Shown here piece by piece: positions 7,068 through 16,488 of a stretch of DNA of 64,000 nucleotides. The stretch lies in IMG/VR virus record IMGVR_UViG_3300038465_000091, positions 62,001-126,000 of that record; one strand, written 5' to 3'. Position 1 is the first letter of the stretch; every line of letters begins with the position of its first letter. The notes beneath the pieces are model-generated. The model saw only the letters and a program-made list of their open reading frames with translations, was not told where the DNA came from and did not search any database. The position numbers and the translations under genes were made by a program.

Positions 7068-7745
7068 TTAAATTTTCCAGAAATCATACACCTTGCAGAG
7101 TTGGCTTACCCGCTTCTGAGTACCCAGCGGGTATTTGGTTTCATCATTCAAGTCTTCGTACCTCAAGTTGCCTGTGAGCACCAGATAACCATTGAAATCT
7201 CGTAAGGCATCGAGGATATCAAAGATAATCTCTCGCTTGAATTCCGAGCTACGTATTTTCTCGAATTCCCCAAGAAACAGGTAGGTACGAACCCCCACGC
7301 TGGCGAACCTCTCGATTGTCTGCGGTGTGATGATAGGAGACCCACTTTCACCCACTTCCCAACTACGGAACGCTTCCATCAACTTTTTGGCTGTGGTGCG
7401 AACGATGGCGGTACCGCTGATGTAAGCCGCTTTCCCCGCGAATTTAGGATTGAGCATCGACACGGAGATTAAGTCTCTATGGCTCTCCAAGATATGTCGA
7501 TACAAAGCGATTTCCATGACTGTCTTGCCAATAGAACTCGGCCCGAAGAACGCACGACCACGTTCGGGGTTGTTCTTAACGTCAACCCACATCCGTTTCT
7601 GAAGTTCATACGGCATCTCGGACTCTTCCGATGGACCCACGGTATCCCACCGTATGAACTCAAAATGCAGCGGAATTTTTGCTAGCCGGTTGGCGAGACG
7701 TTGATCGTCATCTGGAGGTTGGGGAAAATCCCTTACGTGGTTCAT
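7068..7745 (-). CDS. DnaC/IstB-like ATPase (helicase loader)
   Basis: Walker A GPSSIGKT; degenerate Walker B LFLGEF; LVLTGN; in an operon with the helicase. Confidence 0.7.
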   Translation of the reverse strand: MNHVRDFPQPPDDDQRLANRLAKIPLHFEFIRWDTVGPSEESEMPYELQKRMWVDVKNNPERGRAFFGPSSIGKTVMEIALYRHILESHRDLISVSMLNPKFAGKAAYISGTAIVRTTAKKLMEAFRSWEVGESGSPIITPQTIERFASVGVRTYLFLGEFEKIRSSEFKREIIFDILDALRDFNGYLVLTGNLRYEDLNDETKYPLGTQKRVSQLCKVYDFWKI

Positions 7746-8263
7746 TCTGACTTCCTAATCTTGGCGAGGCACACCTCGCAGCGGTTTGTAACACCGTACA
7801 CCACTGCTACTGGAATAAACTCTACCCTACAATCAGGTTCACAACAAACATTCCGCACATCCACCAAGTAAGACCCGGGAACATATTCGAGCTTGCCACT
7901 CCGCTTCTTGGTTTTCGGCGGTCTGGGGGCGGTGGTCATCAGTTTGGCGACGAACCCTTTACGTTTGAGGGCTTCCTCACCTTGATCGGTAAACCACATG
8001 TCCCCACCATCGGTATGAGCTTGAAGTTGAGCCATGATCTCACTCAGCTTGTACCCGAACCGCGTCTCGTCCCGTTCAAAAGTGACAGGAATGGGAGCCA
8101 CTGACAGGTGCTCGGGTGGAGACCCGACCAGCGAAGATTTAGATGAAAGGGACCCAGCCGATATGGTCAGGAACGAACTCGGGGTCTCGGGGACTTCACC
8201 AGCTTCTTTGCAAGCTTCAAGGTAGTCGAGGCGGCTGGTGAAATCTTCTCTACGAATGGTCAT
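7742..8263 (-). CDS. Hypothetical protein with C-terminal Cys motifs
   Basis: 173-aa ORF coupled to its neighbours; CCEPDC...CEVC. Confidence 0.7.
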   Translation of the reverse strand: MTIRREDFTSRLDYLEACKEAGEVPETPSSFLTISAGSLSSKSSLVGSPPEHLSVAPIPVTFERDETRFGYKLSEIMAQLQAHTDGGDMWFTDQGEEALKRKGFVAKLMTTAPRPPKTKKRSGKLEYVPGSYLVDVRNVCCEPDCRVEFIPVAVVYGVTNRCEVCLAKIRKSE

Positions 8264-8268
8264 TTTCT

Positions 8269-8724
8269 TTACTTTCCGTGCGCTACTGCGCTCTTTGCGT
8301 CTTCTGCTTGCAGTGGGTTCGGTTCAGGTTCGGTTCGGTTTGCTTCGGTTGTCCCGAGTGGCAGGTTCAATTTCACATCAATACTGAGAAAATGAAGCTT
8401 GCGGTTGTGCACCCTCCCTGTAAGGTCGCTGCACTGGCACTGCGGTTTTACTGCATTCCAACAGCGATGGCACTGTATACATGCTAGAGTTTTACTGTAA
8501 GTTTGCAGGAACTTTACAGTAGTTCTGTAGTCAGCTTTGATGTCCTTGGACAGCTTCCATGGGTCACGTGGTACATCTCCGAATACCCATTGTTGGAGGA
8601 GTATTTCGAGGAATATACCGCGCTGTGCCATAGTCATACTTCGGACATCTGGGTCGCTAAGCCAATCCTGCCAGATGATCGGTAGGTATGGCGGCACTCG
8701 GTCGAGTTTGTCTTGTTTACTCAT
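8269..8724 (-). CDS. YdaU/DUF1376-like phage replication initiator (N-terminal HTH) with Cys cluster
   Basis: PYLPIIWQDWLSDPDVRSMTMAQRGIFLEILLQQW matches the DUF1376 pattern; lies between helicase and loader. Confidence 0.7.
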   Translation of the reverse strand: MSKQDKLDRVPPYLPIIWQDWLSDPDVRSMTMAQRGIFLEILLQQWVFGDVPRDPWKLSKDIKADYRTTVKFLQTYSKTLACIQCHRCWNAVKPQCQCSDLTGRVHNRKLHFLSIDVKLNLPLGTTEANRTEPEPNPLQAEDAKSAVAHGK

Positions 8725-10330
8725 CTTCCAGCCCTACGTCAACGATGTCGGTTCGTGTGGTCGGGGGGCTCGTGCGTACGTCGTCATCGGTCATGAACTT
8801 CTCTGTTGACGCCGTTCCCCCGGTGACACCCGAGCCGATTTTCTCAACCACTCGTCCTGATCCGGGTGTGATTTCCATAAGAGCGAGCGGTGGTCGCTTC
8901 CCCTTGCGTACTTTGAGAGTTTCCATGATGAGTTCGTTCTTGCTCTTCATCTTCTCGTCCGAGTACACGGAAAAAATATAATCCATGTCATGTTGATACT
9001 CAGAAAAGTTGGCGATAGCGTTGAGATCGTAGAACGTACTGCCTTCATTGTTGGTGCTTTCTTCCTTTTCGGAGGCTTTCTTTGCCGCTTTGTTGGCCTC
9101 ACGGTTGACCTGCATTGGAGTTGCAACCACAAGCCCGCGACCATTATGGTAGTTGCGGGTGAGAATTTGAGTTTTGTGGATGGTGTCCTTGGTCTCCTGA
9201 TCGCGATAGCGGGAATCCCCCGCCGTAGCGAAACGGGCAAGATAATCGACCACAGCGAAATGGTAGTTTCCCTGATCGGCGAATGCTTCCAAATAGCCGA
9301 CGAAAGCTTCGAATGTGTTGATGTTCACGCTGGCTTGCACGTCGAGATGACCCGGAAGATTGACGTTGGTTTTCATGTCCCGCAGGATGCGAGCCATGTG
9401 AGCCCTGTGTTCGGGTGAGATCGTGATGCCAGACTCTTCGTCTCGTGCCAAATCCCAATCCGATATGGATGGTAATTCGACACCACAATCCTCGTAGTCC
9501 CCGTGCGAAGAATGTAGGAACGCCATGAATTCCCAGATTTCAAGTGGTGCGTGCTCGAAGCTGATGTAGAGCCCGTTGAATCCCTGTTTCAACCAATTGT
9601 AAACAACGGTATTAAGGATGGTGGTCTTACCATCACCGCTCATTCCAGCGATACCAACGAAGCTTAGGTTTTGTGGCCCGATGATGATTGCTTTGTCTAC
9701 GTGGGGCATCAACGTTTTCATGCGGGTTGCGGTGTCTTCTTCGGCTAGGCGTTTGTCTAGAGATTCGGCAACGGCGTCTATGTGCTCATGTAGGTATCCA
9801 GACTCGATCTCGGTCTCGGTGTAGACATCATCCATGAGTTGTTTGAGTAAATAGGCTTTGGCGTCCTTGACTCCGCTGGGGTCTTTGAACTTCCCCGTCT
9901 GTTTCGTCGGCCCAGCGTTGACAACATCCTCGGAATGTTTGAGAGCAAACCGTATGTGGTCCTTCTCAGCCTCTTTGATGACGCTTTCAATCAGAACGTT
10001 GATGTCAGAGATGGACTTCAGGCGGGTCTCGTCGATGTCGTTCAGACCTTTGAGTGCCGCAACCAATGTTTCCGACCACCCCATCCGAAGTTCGTGCTCA
10101 TCGGACGTTTTTACGAAGTCGCGAAGTGCGTTTTTGTTCGGCGGGAGTTGATGGAAGCGTTCTGAGTATTGGATGATGATGTCGAGAATTTTGTAGCACT
10201 CGTCATCCTCCAACTTTGCCCAGTTGCAGATTTTCTTTAGGGGTTTTGTGTTTTTACGGAGAACATCGAGGAGAGTTTGGTCTCCCGAGAGGAGGCGGTA
10301 CACCAATACATCGATTTTTACTTCGTTCAC
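8717..10330 (-). CDS. DnaB-like (SF4) replicative helicase
   Basis: AGMSGDGKT Walker A, YISFE, VVDYL, PMQVNR, KVRKG. Confidence 0.88.
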   Translation of the reverse strand: MNEVKIDVLVYRLLSGDQTLLDVLRKNTKPLKKICNWAKLEDDECYKILDIIIQYSERFHQLPPNKNALRDFVKTSDEHELRMGWSETLVAALKGLNDIDETRLKSISDINVLIESVIKEAEKDHIRFALKHSEDVVNAGPTKQTGKFKDPSGVKDAKAYLLKQLMDDVYTETEIESGYLHEHIDAVAESLDKRLAEEDTATRMKTLMPHVDKAIIIGPQNLSFVGIAGMSGDGKTTILNTVVYNWLKQGFNGLYISFEHAPLEIWEFMAFLHSSHGDYEDCGVELPSISDWDLARDEESGITISPEHRAHMARILRDMKTNVNLPGHLDVQASVNINTFEAFVGYLEAFADQGNYHFAVVDYLARFATAGDSRYRDQETKDTIHKTQILTRNYHNGRGLVVATPMQVNREANKAAKKASEKEESTNNEGSTFYDLNAIANFSEYQHDMDYIFSVYSDEKMKSKNELIMETLKVRKGKRPPLALMEITPGSGRVVEKIGSGVTGGTASTEKFMTDDDVRTSPPTTRTDIVDVGLEDE

Positions 10331-10544
10331 AGTCGCGTCCTTTACAGCGTGTCGGCGTTGTTAGTGGAAATACCGTCCTTTTCGAAAAAGTGGGGGTGTA
10401 GGACGGTGACCACCCCCACGAACTCGGTTCATCAACAATCAGACCGAGACGCATGTACTGCTTAATACCAGCTTTCAGGCGGTTCCACCGTATTAAACTA
10501 CTGGCGATGATTTCACCCGTTTGTGCTTTGCGTTTGAAAGGTAT

Positions 10545-11063
10545 ATGGACAACACAGTCGAGGTTAAGGTTCTCAAGTACCAGTTCTGGTTCAGGTCTAT
10601 CCATTGGCGTGAAGAGTTCGGGATCAAACCAGACCCTAAGCTCGACCGCAGGAGACAAATCCTCGCTTATGCCTTGACGGAAATATCCGTAGCGAAAACC
10701 AGATTAAAAATCAACAACATGGCGGAAGCGACCAAGGTGTTCATCGCTATCCCGATCTCGATCATCGACCGTATTTTTACAGTGTATAAAGGGTCCCTAC
10801 CCACCCCTCGGGTTTTTAAGACTTTGGGTTTGTACAAAGCCCCTGAGCCTCTCAAATATTCCCGTCGTGTTGAGAAAGAGGTCAGAGATCAGGAAGACGA
10901 AGCATTCAGGCGGGCCGAAGAGTTGCTCGAAAGTAAATACGGTAAGGAAGAGCTTCGGGAAACTCGTGAACTTGAGGCGGCGATACTAAAGGGGTCGAAA
11001 CTCAGGGGAGCCACGAGAGCTACGCCTGATCCTAGTGACGAGGAAATCAATGGCCGACGATAA
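10545..11063 (+). CDS. Hypothetical protein (possible tail assembly chaperone)
   Basis: GAAAGG RBS then ATG; first gene of the plus-strand tail module. Confidence 0.65.
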   Translation: MDNTVEVKVLKYQFWFRSIHWREEFGIKPDPKLDRRRQILAYALTEISVAKTRLKINNMAEATKVFIAIPISIIDRIFTVYKGSLPTPRVFKTLGLYKAPEPLKYSRRVEKEVRDQEDEAFRRAEELLESKYGKEELRETRELEAAILKGSKLRGATRATPDPSDEEINGRR

Positions 11064-12249
11064 CAAGGCGATGCAGGATTGGCAGCGTGCAAATCCGGGC
11101 AAGAAGGTTAACCGTGCCGCCTTCGGGGGTCAGTTCGAGGACACTCCCAAACGCCGCCCTCAGCCGAACTTTCGTCGCTCCATACCCACGGGTAAGGAGA
11201 TGCTGGAGCGAATTCAGAGCGGGGAGTACAAACCCGCTCCCACGGAATATCTAGCCACGGTGCGTAGGCAGGTGTCGGAAAACATCGAGGAACTCCTTGA
11301 GATGGGAGCCCGTATTCGTCCTCTGATGGGTGGGGATAAACAACTCGGCTGGGTGCGCGGTGTTCACCCATCGGAGCGTAAACAACTCAAACGTTGGATC
11401 AAGAATCCAGACGATTTCATCCTCAACATGGTTCTATTGGGCACCTCCTTTCTCGTCGAGGAAGTTGAGGCGATGTCCTCCGTCGAGGTGTACGAATTGA
11501 TTGAGGTCATCCGTAAGATGACCGACTATGACATGTCTTTATCGCCGTACATGTCCGCGTTTTCCTGCACCCAGATGTCGGAAACCTTGTGGTTTAGTAA
11601 GGGGGTAAAGCTTACCAACTATGAAAATCGGGTGGTCACTATGCCCGATGGGAAACGCATACAAATTTCCACCCCGCCAGATCAAGTGCGAATATGGGCG
11701 AGTCTCTGTACTTACCGCGAACAGGCCAAGAAGCGGTTGGATGAAAACTGGAATGCCCTACTCATTGTCCGCCCACAAGTGGGCAAAGGTGCCGAGCCCG
11801 TAGTAGCGGATTTGAAAAGAGTATCTCGATCTTTGGAAACGGACTCCATGGACCCATGGGCTCGAATTATCAAGAACGAGGATAAGAAGGCGGACGACGG
11901 TTGGGCACACGGCGGCGGCTCGTCTATGGAAGAGTTGATGCGGGAAATGAACGCCATGATTAAAGGCGACAAACACGAGCGAGTCATGGATGCATGGGGG
12001 CTACAGATGGAAGCTGAAGAGGCAAAACGACTGAAGAAGGTCGATGAGGTTCGTAAAACACGCAACACCACCGGGCAGGCGGGTGTGGTTGACGAGCGCA
12101 TAGAGTATTTCACCGAAACAGAGATGCGTGAACGTCAAGCCGCCCTCAAAGCGGGCAAGCTTCCGCCAGTCAAAGAGCGCATCAAGGAGAGGGAACGTCG
12201 GGAAACTGTTGAAACTAATGTTTCTAAGCTCCGAAGATACCGTGGATAA
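11050..12249 (+). CDS. Hypothetical protein (tail module)
   Basis: GAGG RBS; ~400-aa charged helical protein upstream of the tape measure gene. Confidence 0.75.
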   Translation: MADDNKAMQDWQRANPGKKVNRAAFGGQFEDTPKRRPQPNFRRSIPTGKEMLERIQSGEYKPAPTEYLATVRRQVSENIEELLEMGARIRPLMGGDKQLGWVRGVHPSERKQLKRWIKNPDDFILNMVLLGTSFLVEEVEAMSSVEVYELIEVIRKMTDYDMSLSPYMSAFSCTQMSETLWFSKGVKLTNYENRVVTMPDGKRIQISTPPDQVRIWASLCTYREQAKKRLDENWNALLIVRPQVGKGAEPVVADLKRVSRSLETDSMDPWARIIKNEDKKADDGWAHGGGSSMEELMREMNAMIKGDKHERVMDAWGLQMEAEEAKRLKKVDEVRKTRNTTGQAGVVDERIEYFTETEMRERQAALKAGKLPPVKERIKERERRETVETNVSKLRRYRG

Positions 12250-12304
12250 ATAAACAGCGAATCTTAAATTTCAACCTGTGGGTTGGATTATCAGGAGGCA
12301 AGTC

Positions 12305-12514
12305 ATGCCAGAAAACGATGGATGGGGGCACGCCCTCGAAAGTACGACAATTGCAGACGACCTAAAGGAGCTTAAGGGCTACCTTGACGGCAAGGACAAG
12401 CACGAGCAGGCGATGCAGGAGTTCACCGAGGTGGTGAATTCGGAAGAGCACGAACAGCTACTCAAAAAGTGGCAAGAGCAGCGAAACTCGACTAACCAGT
12501 CGAATAACCAGTAA
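12305..12514 (+). CDS. Small protein paralogous to the C-terminal part of the preceding gene
   Basis: AGGAGG RBS; NDGWGH...DKHEQAM versus DDGWAH...DKHERVM. Confidence 0.6.
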   Translation: MPENDGWGHALESTTIADDLKELKGYLDGKDKHEQAMQEFTEVVNSEEHEQLLKKWQEQRNSTNQSNNQ

Positions 12515-12528
12515 CTTAGGGGTGTTTT

Positions 12529-13206
12529 GTGGAAGAGCAAATTAAGCAACAGGCTGACCAAGTTGTACAGGCGCAGGCCGAGATTGTCTCTCATTCGGAA
12601 GAAAGTCCCCTCTCTTTGGACGATATCATCGCTGATCTTAAGGGGTTCGGGATCGAAGACCTCGAAGAGATCATCACGATCAAGATGAAGAACGGCAAAA
12701 AAGTCGATCTTCGTGTCTCAAACATTCCAACAACCGACGAAATGCAGTCGTTGCTGGCGGTGGAGGGGCAAAAGGGTTACATTTGGGTCAAGTCGGTAAA
12801 GATCGAAATCCTGTCCCGAGCAATATCTTGGGTCAACGGAAGAAGTCTTCGCAGCCTGACGCTCGAACAGCGACTCGTAGTCGATCCGACCGCTGTGGAC
12901 GACGCTGGGAAACCGATCAAGGCAATACGGGATGTTCAGGTCGTCTTTCGGAATCTCCTTAAGGGTTGGGGCGAAGAAATTGTTGAGGTTCTCTGGAAGG
13001 TTCTCATGACGCACTCTCAAGGTATTGAGGATCGATTGAGGTTGAGTTTACCAGAGTCCGCTCTCATGACCGAGGTCGAGTCACGCTTGATGGAACAGGC
13101 GCGGCAGCAAATCGACGCGGCAACGGAGTCGATCATTCAAGAATCAGTGGCGAAGCTGTATGACCCAGAGATTGACGGGCCGCTTCCCACCGAGGAGAAA
13201 AAGTAA
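12529..13206 (+). CDS. Putative tail assembly chaperone
   Basis: Acidic 225-aa protein immediately upstream of the tape measure gene. Confidence 0.6.
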   Translation: MEEQIKQQADQVVQAQAEIVSHSEESPLSLDDIIADLKGFGIEDLEEIITIKMKNGKKVDLRVSNIPTTDEMQSLLAVEGQKGYIWVKSVKIEILSRAISWVNGRSLRSLTLEQRLVVDPTAVDDAGKPIKAIRDVQVVFRNLLKGWGEEIVEVLWKVLMTHSQGIEDRLRLSLPESALMTEVESRLMEQARQQIDAATESIIQESVAKLYDPEIDGPLPTEEKK

Positions 13207-16200
13207 ATGGCAACTGGCGGTATTCCTCCGGGCGGCGGTGCCCCTCCAGCGGGTGGAGGTGGAGTTCCGCCCGATTCCACCATTTCCAACGCTGTGAACG
13301 AACTCAATAGCGCGGTTGATAGCGCGGCGACCACTAAGGCTTTGCAAGCAATTGCAGACGGTCTGACTAAGATGGGCTCGTCCGTAGAGACCACCAGCAA
13401 GAAAATCGGAAGGTTCCGTGACGATGTGAAAGGCATCATCATGTTCACCGACGACGCTGCTGAGGCCGTTAAAGGTTTCTCCGATAAAACCAAAGAACTT
13501 GCCAAGAACCTATTACAGGACAAGAGTTACAAACACACCAAAAGCTCTTTGACGGAAATGGTGAAGCTTCTCAAGGAGATGGCTAGCAGGACTAAAGATA
13601 ATAAGGCGCAATACGCCGGGATAACCGCACAGATCATCAAGATGGAAAGTGCCCAGAAAAAACTTGGAGAGACGACGGAGGGGGTTTTTGATAAGGCTGA
13701 AGGCGCTGTGGATGAGTACGCGAAAGCTTTGAATGACGCGGGAAAGGCGATGGGGCGATTGGCTGCCAGTAGTGCGAAGATGGGTAAGATGCGTCTTGGC
13801 GGCGAGGCTGTGGGTTCCATCCGACAAAACTTGATTGACGCGGGTATGATGAAGCCCGGCAGGTTTGAAAAATTCGCTGCCATGGGCATCGGTGCCAAGA
13901 AATTGAAGGAAGCCGCGCAGATAAAACAGGACGAGACGACGGCGGTTCGTAGCGCACGCCGCGCTTCGGCTCAATCAACGCTGGAGGATTTAGAGAAGAA
14001 GGGTCACATCAAATTACAGCGGAACGCGGACGGTGGAGTGAACTGGGGAGCGATGGCGGCTGATCGCAAGAGGGTCGCAAAGGCTGGCGGTGCGGCAGGT
14101 GCGGGTGATTTGGGAACAACCATGGCTGCGCTTCAACAAGCAGGCGCGACTCCAAAGGGTGGGCTCATGGGCAAGCTGACGGGCGGGGGGCTCGTAGAAG
14201 GTACGGTAGGTGCGGTAGCGGGACTAGCAGGTCAGATGGCTCTTCCCTTAGCGATTGCCGAAGCGGTTAAAGACATGATTGCTTCTCTCTTTGACAAAAA
14301 CGCCAATATGAATAAACAGGCTGAAACGCTCGCTGGTGGTGGTTTGATCGGGGGTACACGGGGGCAAACAGGCGCTCAAGATTTAATGGCTGCCCGTTCA
14401 AATTTGATGCCAACTTATGGGGTCAGTGCTTTGGGGCTCAACTACGACCGAAACATCAAGATGGCGCAGTCAGTCATAGAGTCGGGTTACGATGTATCAG
14501 AATTGGGACAAGGGGGTGTGCACGGCGCTAAGCGCGGAGATTTTGGTCCCGGCTCTTTCGGCGACATTCAAGAACTAGCAGCCACGACAGGGCGTGTGTC
14601 TGGCTTAGGGGATGATAAATCCATTGAGTTGACGATGAAACTGCTTATGCAATATCGTAAGTCAGTGGAGGGCACGAAAGACTTCATGACTAACCTGAAC
14701 AAGGATTTCAGAACGGCGGGGCTTTCGGTAACTAAATACGTTTCAATTCTCGATGAAATCACAGGGCAGTTTGACCGTATGAACAAATCTATCGACCAGA
14801 CTTCGGGGATTCTGCGTGCTCTTGGTACGACAGGGCGTATGACATCCGAAGACCTCGAAGCAAGCATGAAGACAATTCTCGGAGACCCCAAGCGTGATGT
14901 GGGTATGCAGATATTCCTAAATTCCCAGATGAGGAGACCGGGGGCTGGCGGCGGGGCAAGCGTGGCTACTGAAGCTGCCGCGAAGCAAGCTGTCTACGCT
15001 GGTACTGAAGCTGATAATGCGATTCAAGCGTTAACGGCTCTCGGCGCAGGTAAGGGGTTAACCGACAAACAGATTAAGGAAAAGATACAAACGCCGCAGG
15101 GTCGTGACGAGTTGAACGCGATGTTGACTGGGTTTTCATCAGACAACCCTATGGTTGATTCCAAAAAACTCAAAGCTGCTCAAGGGGCGCTTGAGACTGC
15201 GGGGAAAGAGGCGCAAAGAGGGCAGAAAATGGCAGCGTGGGCGGCAGGAACGCTGTCGGATAACGAAATGCAGGCCGTCAATATCGGTCTCGGTAAAAAT
15301 CCGCAGGTACAGGCAAACGAGAACTTAGCGGCTGCAAAAACGGTTATGCAATTAGCGGGTATAAGCACGAAGGCGCTATACGAAGAAGGTGGAGCCGCGA
15401 ATACTCAAGAGTTTGAACAAGCTTCGAAAACGTTCGGCCTTGCGCCCACATTTCTTAGTGACCAGCAAAAAATATTAAAAGAAGAAGGCGATGCTAGGTT
15501 AAAAGCCGCATTGACTAACGAGACCACTGCGAAAGACACATACGACATGTTCAGGGGGAAGGGAGGAATTGTCGGGCCTGACGCAGAACGACGGAAAAAC
15601 GCTGACGGAACGATGGAATCTTATAAGGAAGCCCTCGAACGGTGGACTAAGGAAAAGACGGCGGGGGGCTTTGGTGGGAAATTCCAGCAGCTTCTTCGAG
15701 GTCAGGATGAGGGCCTCATCGCTTCGTATGATTCAGCGGCATCAATAACAGCCGCGATGTCAAAGACAGATAAAGATAAGGCAAAAGCTGACATAGACGA
15801 GCAGGCCCGATCCGTAGGTATGGTGACTCAAACTTCGGCGGAAATTTTTGCGACGGCGTTCAGTTACTACTTCAATGCAATCATCGACATTCTCACAGAC
15901 ATATCGTCATTTTTTGGGGGCACATCGAAGGCGGATAAAGAGCAAGCAAAGAAAATGTCGCAGGATGCACAGACACCCCTCGCGGAGGCTCTGGTTCAAA
16001 ACGGACGCCTGATTGATGATATAAAGAATAGGCTTCTCACAGCGACAGGAAATGACAAGGACACTCTTAAAACGCAACTTGACGATGAACAAGGCAAACG
16101 CTTGAGGTTAGAGCAGGCAAAAGCGGGGGACAATCAATCCCCGCAACAAATGTCTAACGCCTTCGACATAGCGAAAGATGAGTTCAAGTACACGCAGGCA

Positions 16201-16482
16201 CAGATGTTGAAGGGGTTAGATGCTGCCGGAGATAAAATTGTCGATAACCTCGTGACCCTAACACCCGAACAGATGGCAAGTCAAAAGGATTTATTCGCCA
16301 ACATAGACCCAGCCTCGATGACCACGACGACGGACAAGAATGATAAAAACAAAGTAATCAACTATATCTACAACACACAATACGACACCACGCACAACAT
16401 GAAAACGGGCGTGATGGATGATGCCCAGAAGACGGTCGCCGCCCCGCCGCCGATGGAGCCCCCCGTTTTAACGGGGGGTTAA
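13207..16482 (+). CDS. Tail tape measure protein
   Basis: 1091 aa, Ala/Gly/Lys/Met-rich and helical; position between chaperones and baseplate genes. Confidence 0.75.
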   Translation: MATGGIPPGGGAPPAGGGGVPPDSTISNAVNELNSAVDSAATTKALQAIADGLTKMGSSVETTSKKIGRFRDDVKGIIMFTDDAAEAVKGFSDKTKELAKNLLQDKSYKHTKSSLTEMVKLLKEMASRTKDNKAQYAGITAQIIKMESAQKKLGETTEGVFDKAEGAVDEYAKALNDAGKAMGRLAASSAKMGKMRLGGEAVGSIRQNLIDAGMMKPGRFEKFAAMGIGAKKLKEAAQIKQDETTAVRSARRASAQSTLEDLEKKGHIKLQRNADGGVNWGAMAADRKRVAKAGGAAGAGDLGTTMAALQQAGATPKGGLMGKLTGGGLVEGTVGAVAGLAGQMALPLAIAEAVKDMIASLFDKNANMNKQAETLAGGGLIGGTRGQTGAQDLMAARSNLMPTYGVSALGLNYDRNIKMAQSVIESGYDVSELGQGGVHGAKRGDFGPGSFGDIQELAATTGRVSGLGDDKSIELTMKLLMQYRKSVEGTKDFMTNLNKDFRTAGLSVTKYVSILDEITGQFDRMNKSIDQTSGILRALGTTGRMTSEDLEASMKTILGDPKRDVGMQIFLNSQMRRPGAGGGASVATEAAAKQAVYAGTEADNAIQALTALGAGKGLTDKQIKEKIQTPQGRDELNAMLTGFSSDNPMVDSKKLKAAQGALETAGKEAQRGQKMAAWAAGTLSDNEMQAVNIGLGKNPQVQANENLAAAKTVMQLAGISTKALYEEGGAANTQEFEQASKTFGLAPTFLSDQQKILKEEGDARLKAALTNETTAKDTYDMFRGKGGIVGPDAERRKNADGTMESYKEALERWTKEKTAGGFGGKFQQLLRGQDEGLIASYDSAASITAAMSKTDKDKAKADIDEQARSVGMVTQTSAEIFATAFSYYFNAIIDILTDISSFFGGTSKADKEQAKKMSQDAQTPLAEALVQNGRLIDDIKNRLLTATGNDKDTLKTQLDDEQGKRLRLEQAKAGDNQSPQQMSNAFDIAKDEFKYTQAQMLKGLDAAGDKIVDNLVTLTPEQMASQKDLFANIDPASMTTTTDKNDKNKVINYIYNTQYDTTHNMKTGVMDDAQKTVAAPPPMEPPVLTGG

Positions 16483-16488
16483 CAACAG

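Noticed and set aside
4638-10330. Inteins or introns in the reductase or helicase
   Set aside because: Both ORFs are continuous and of normal length, with no splice-junction motifs.
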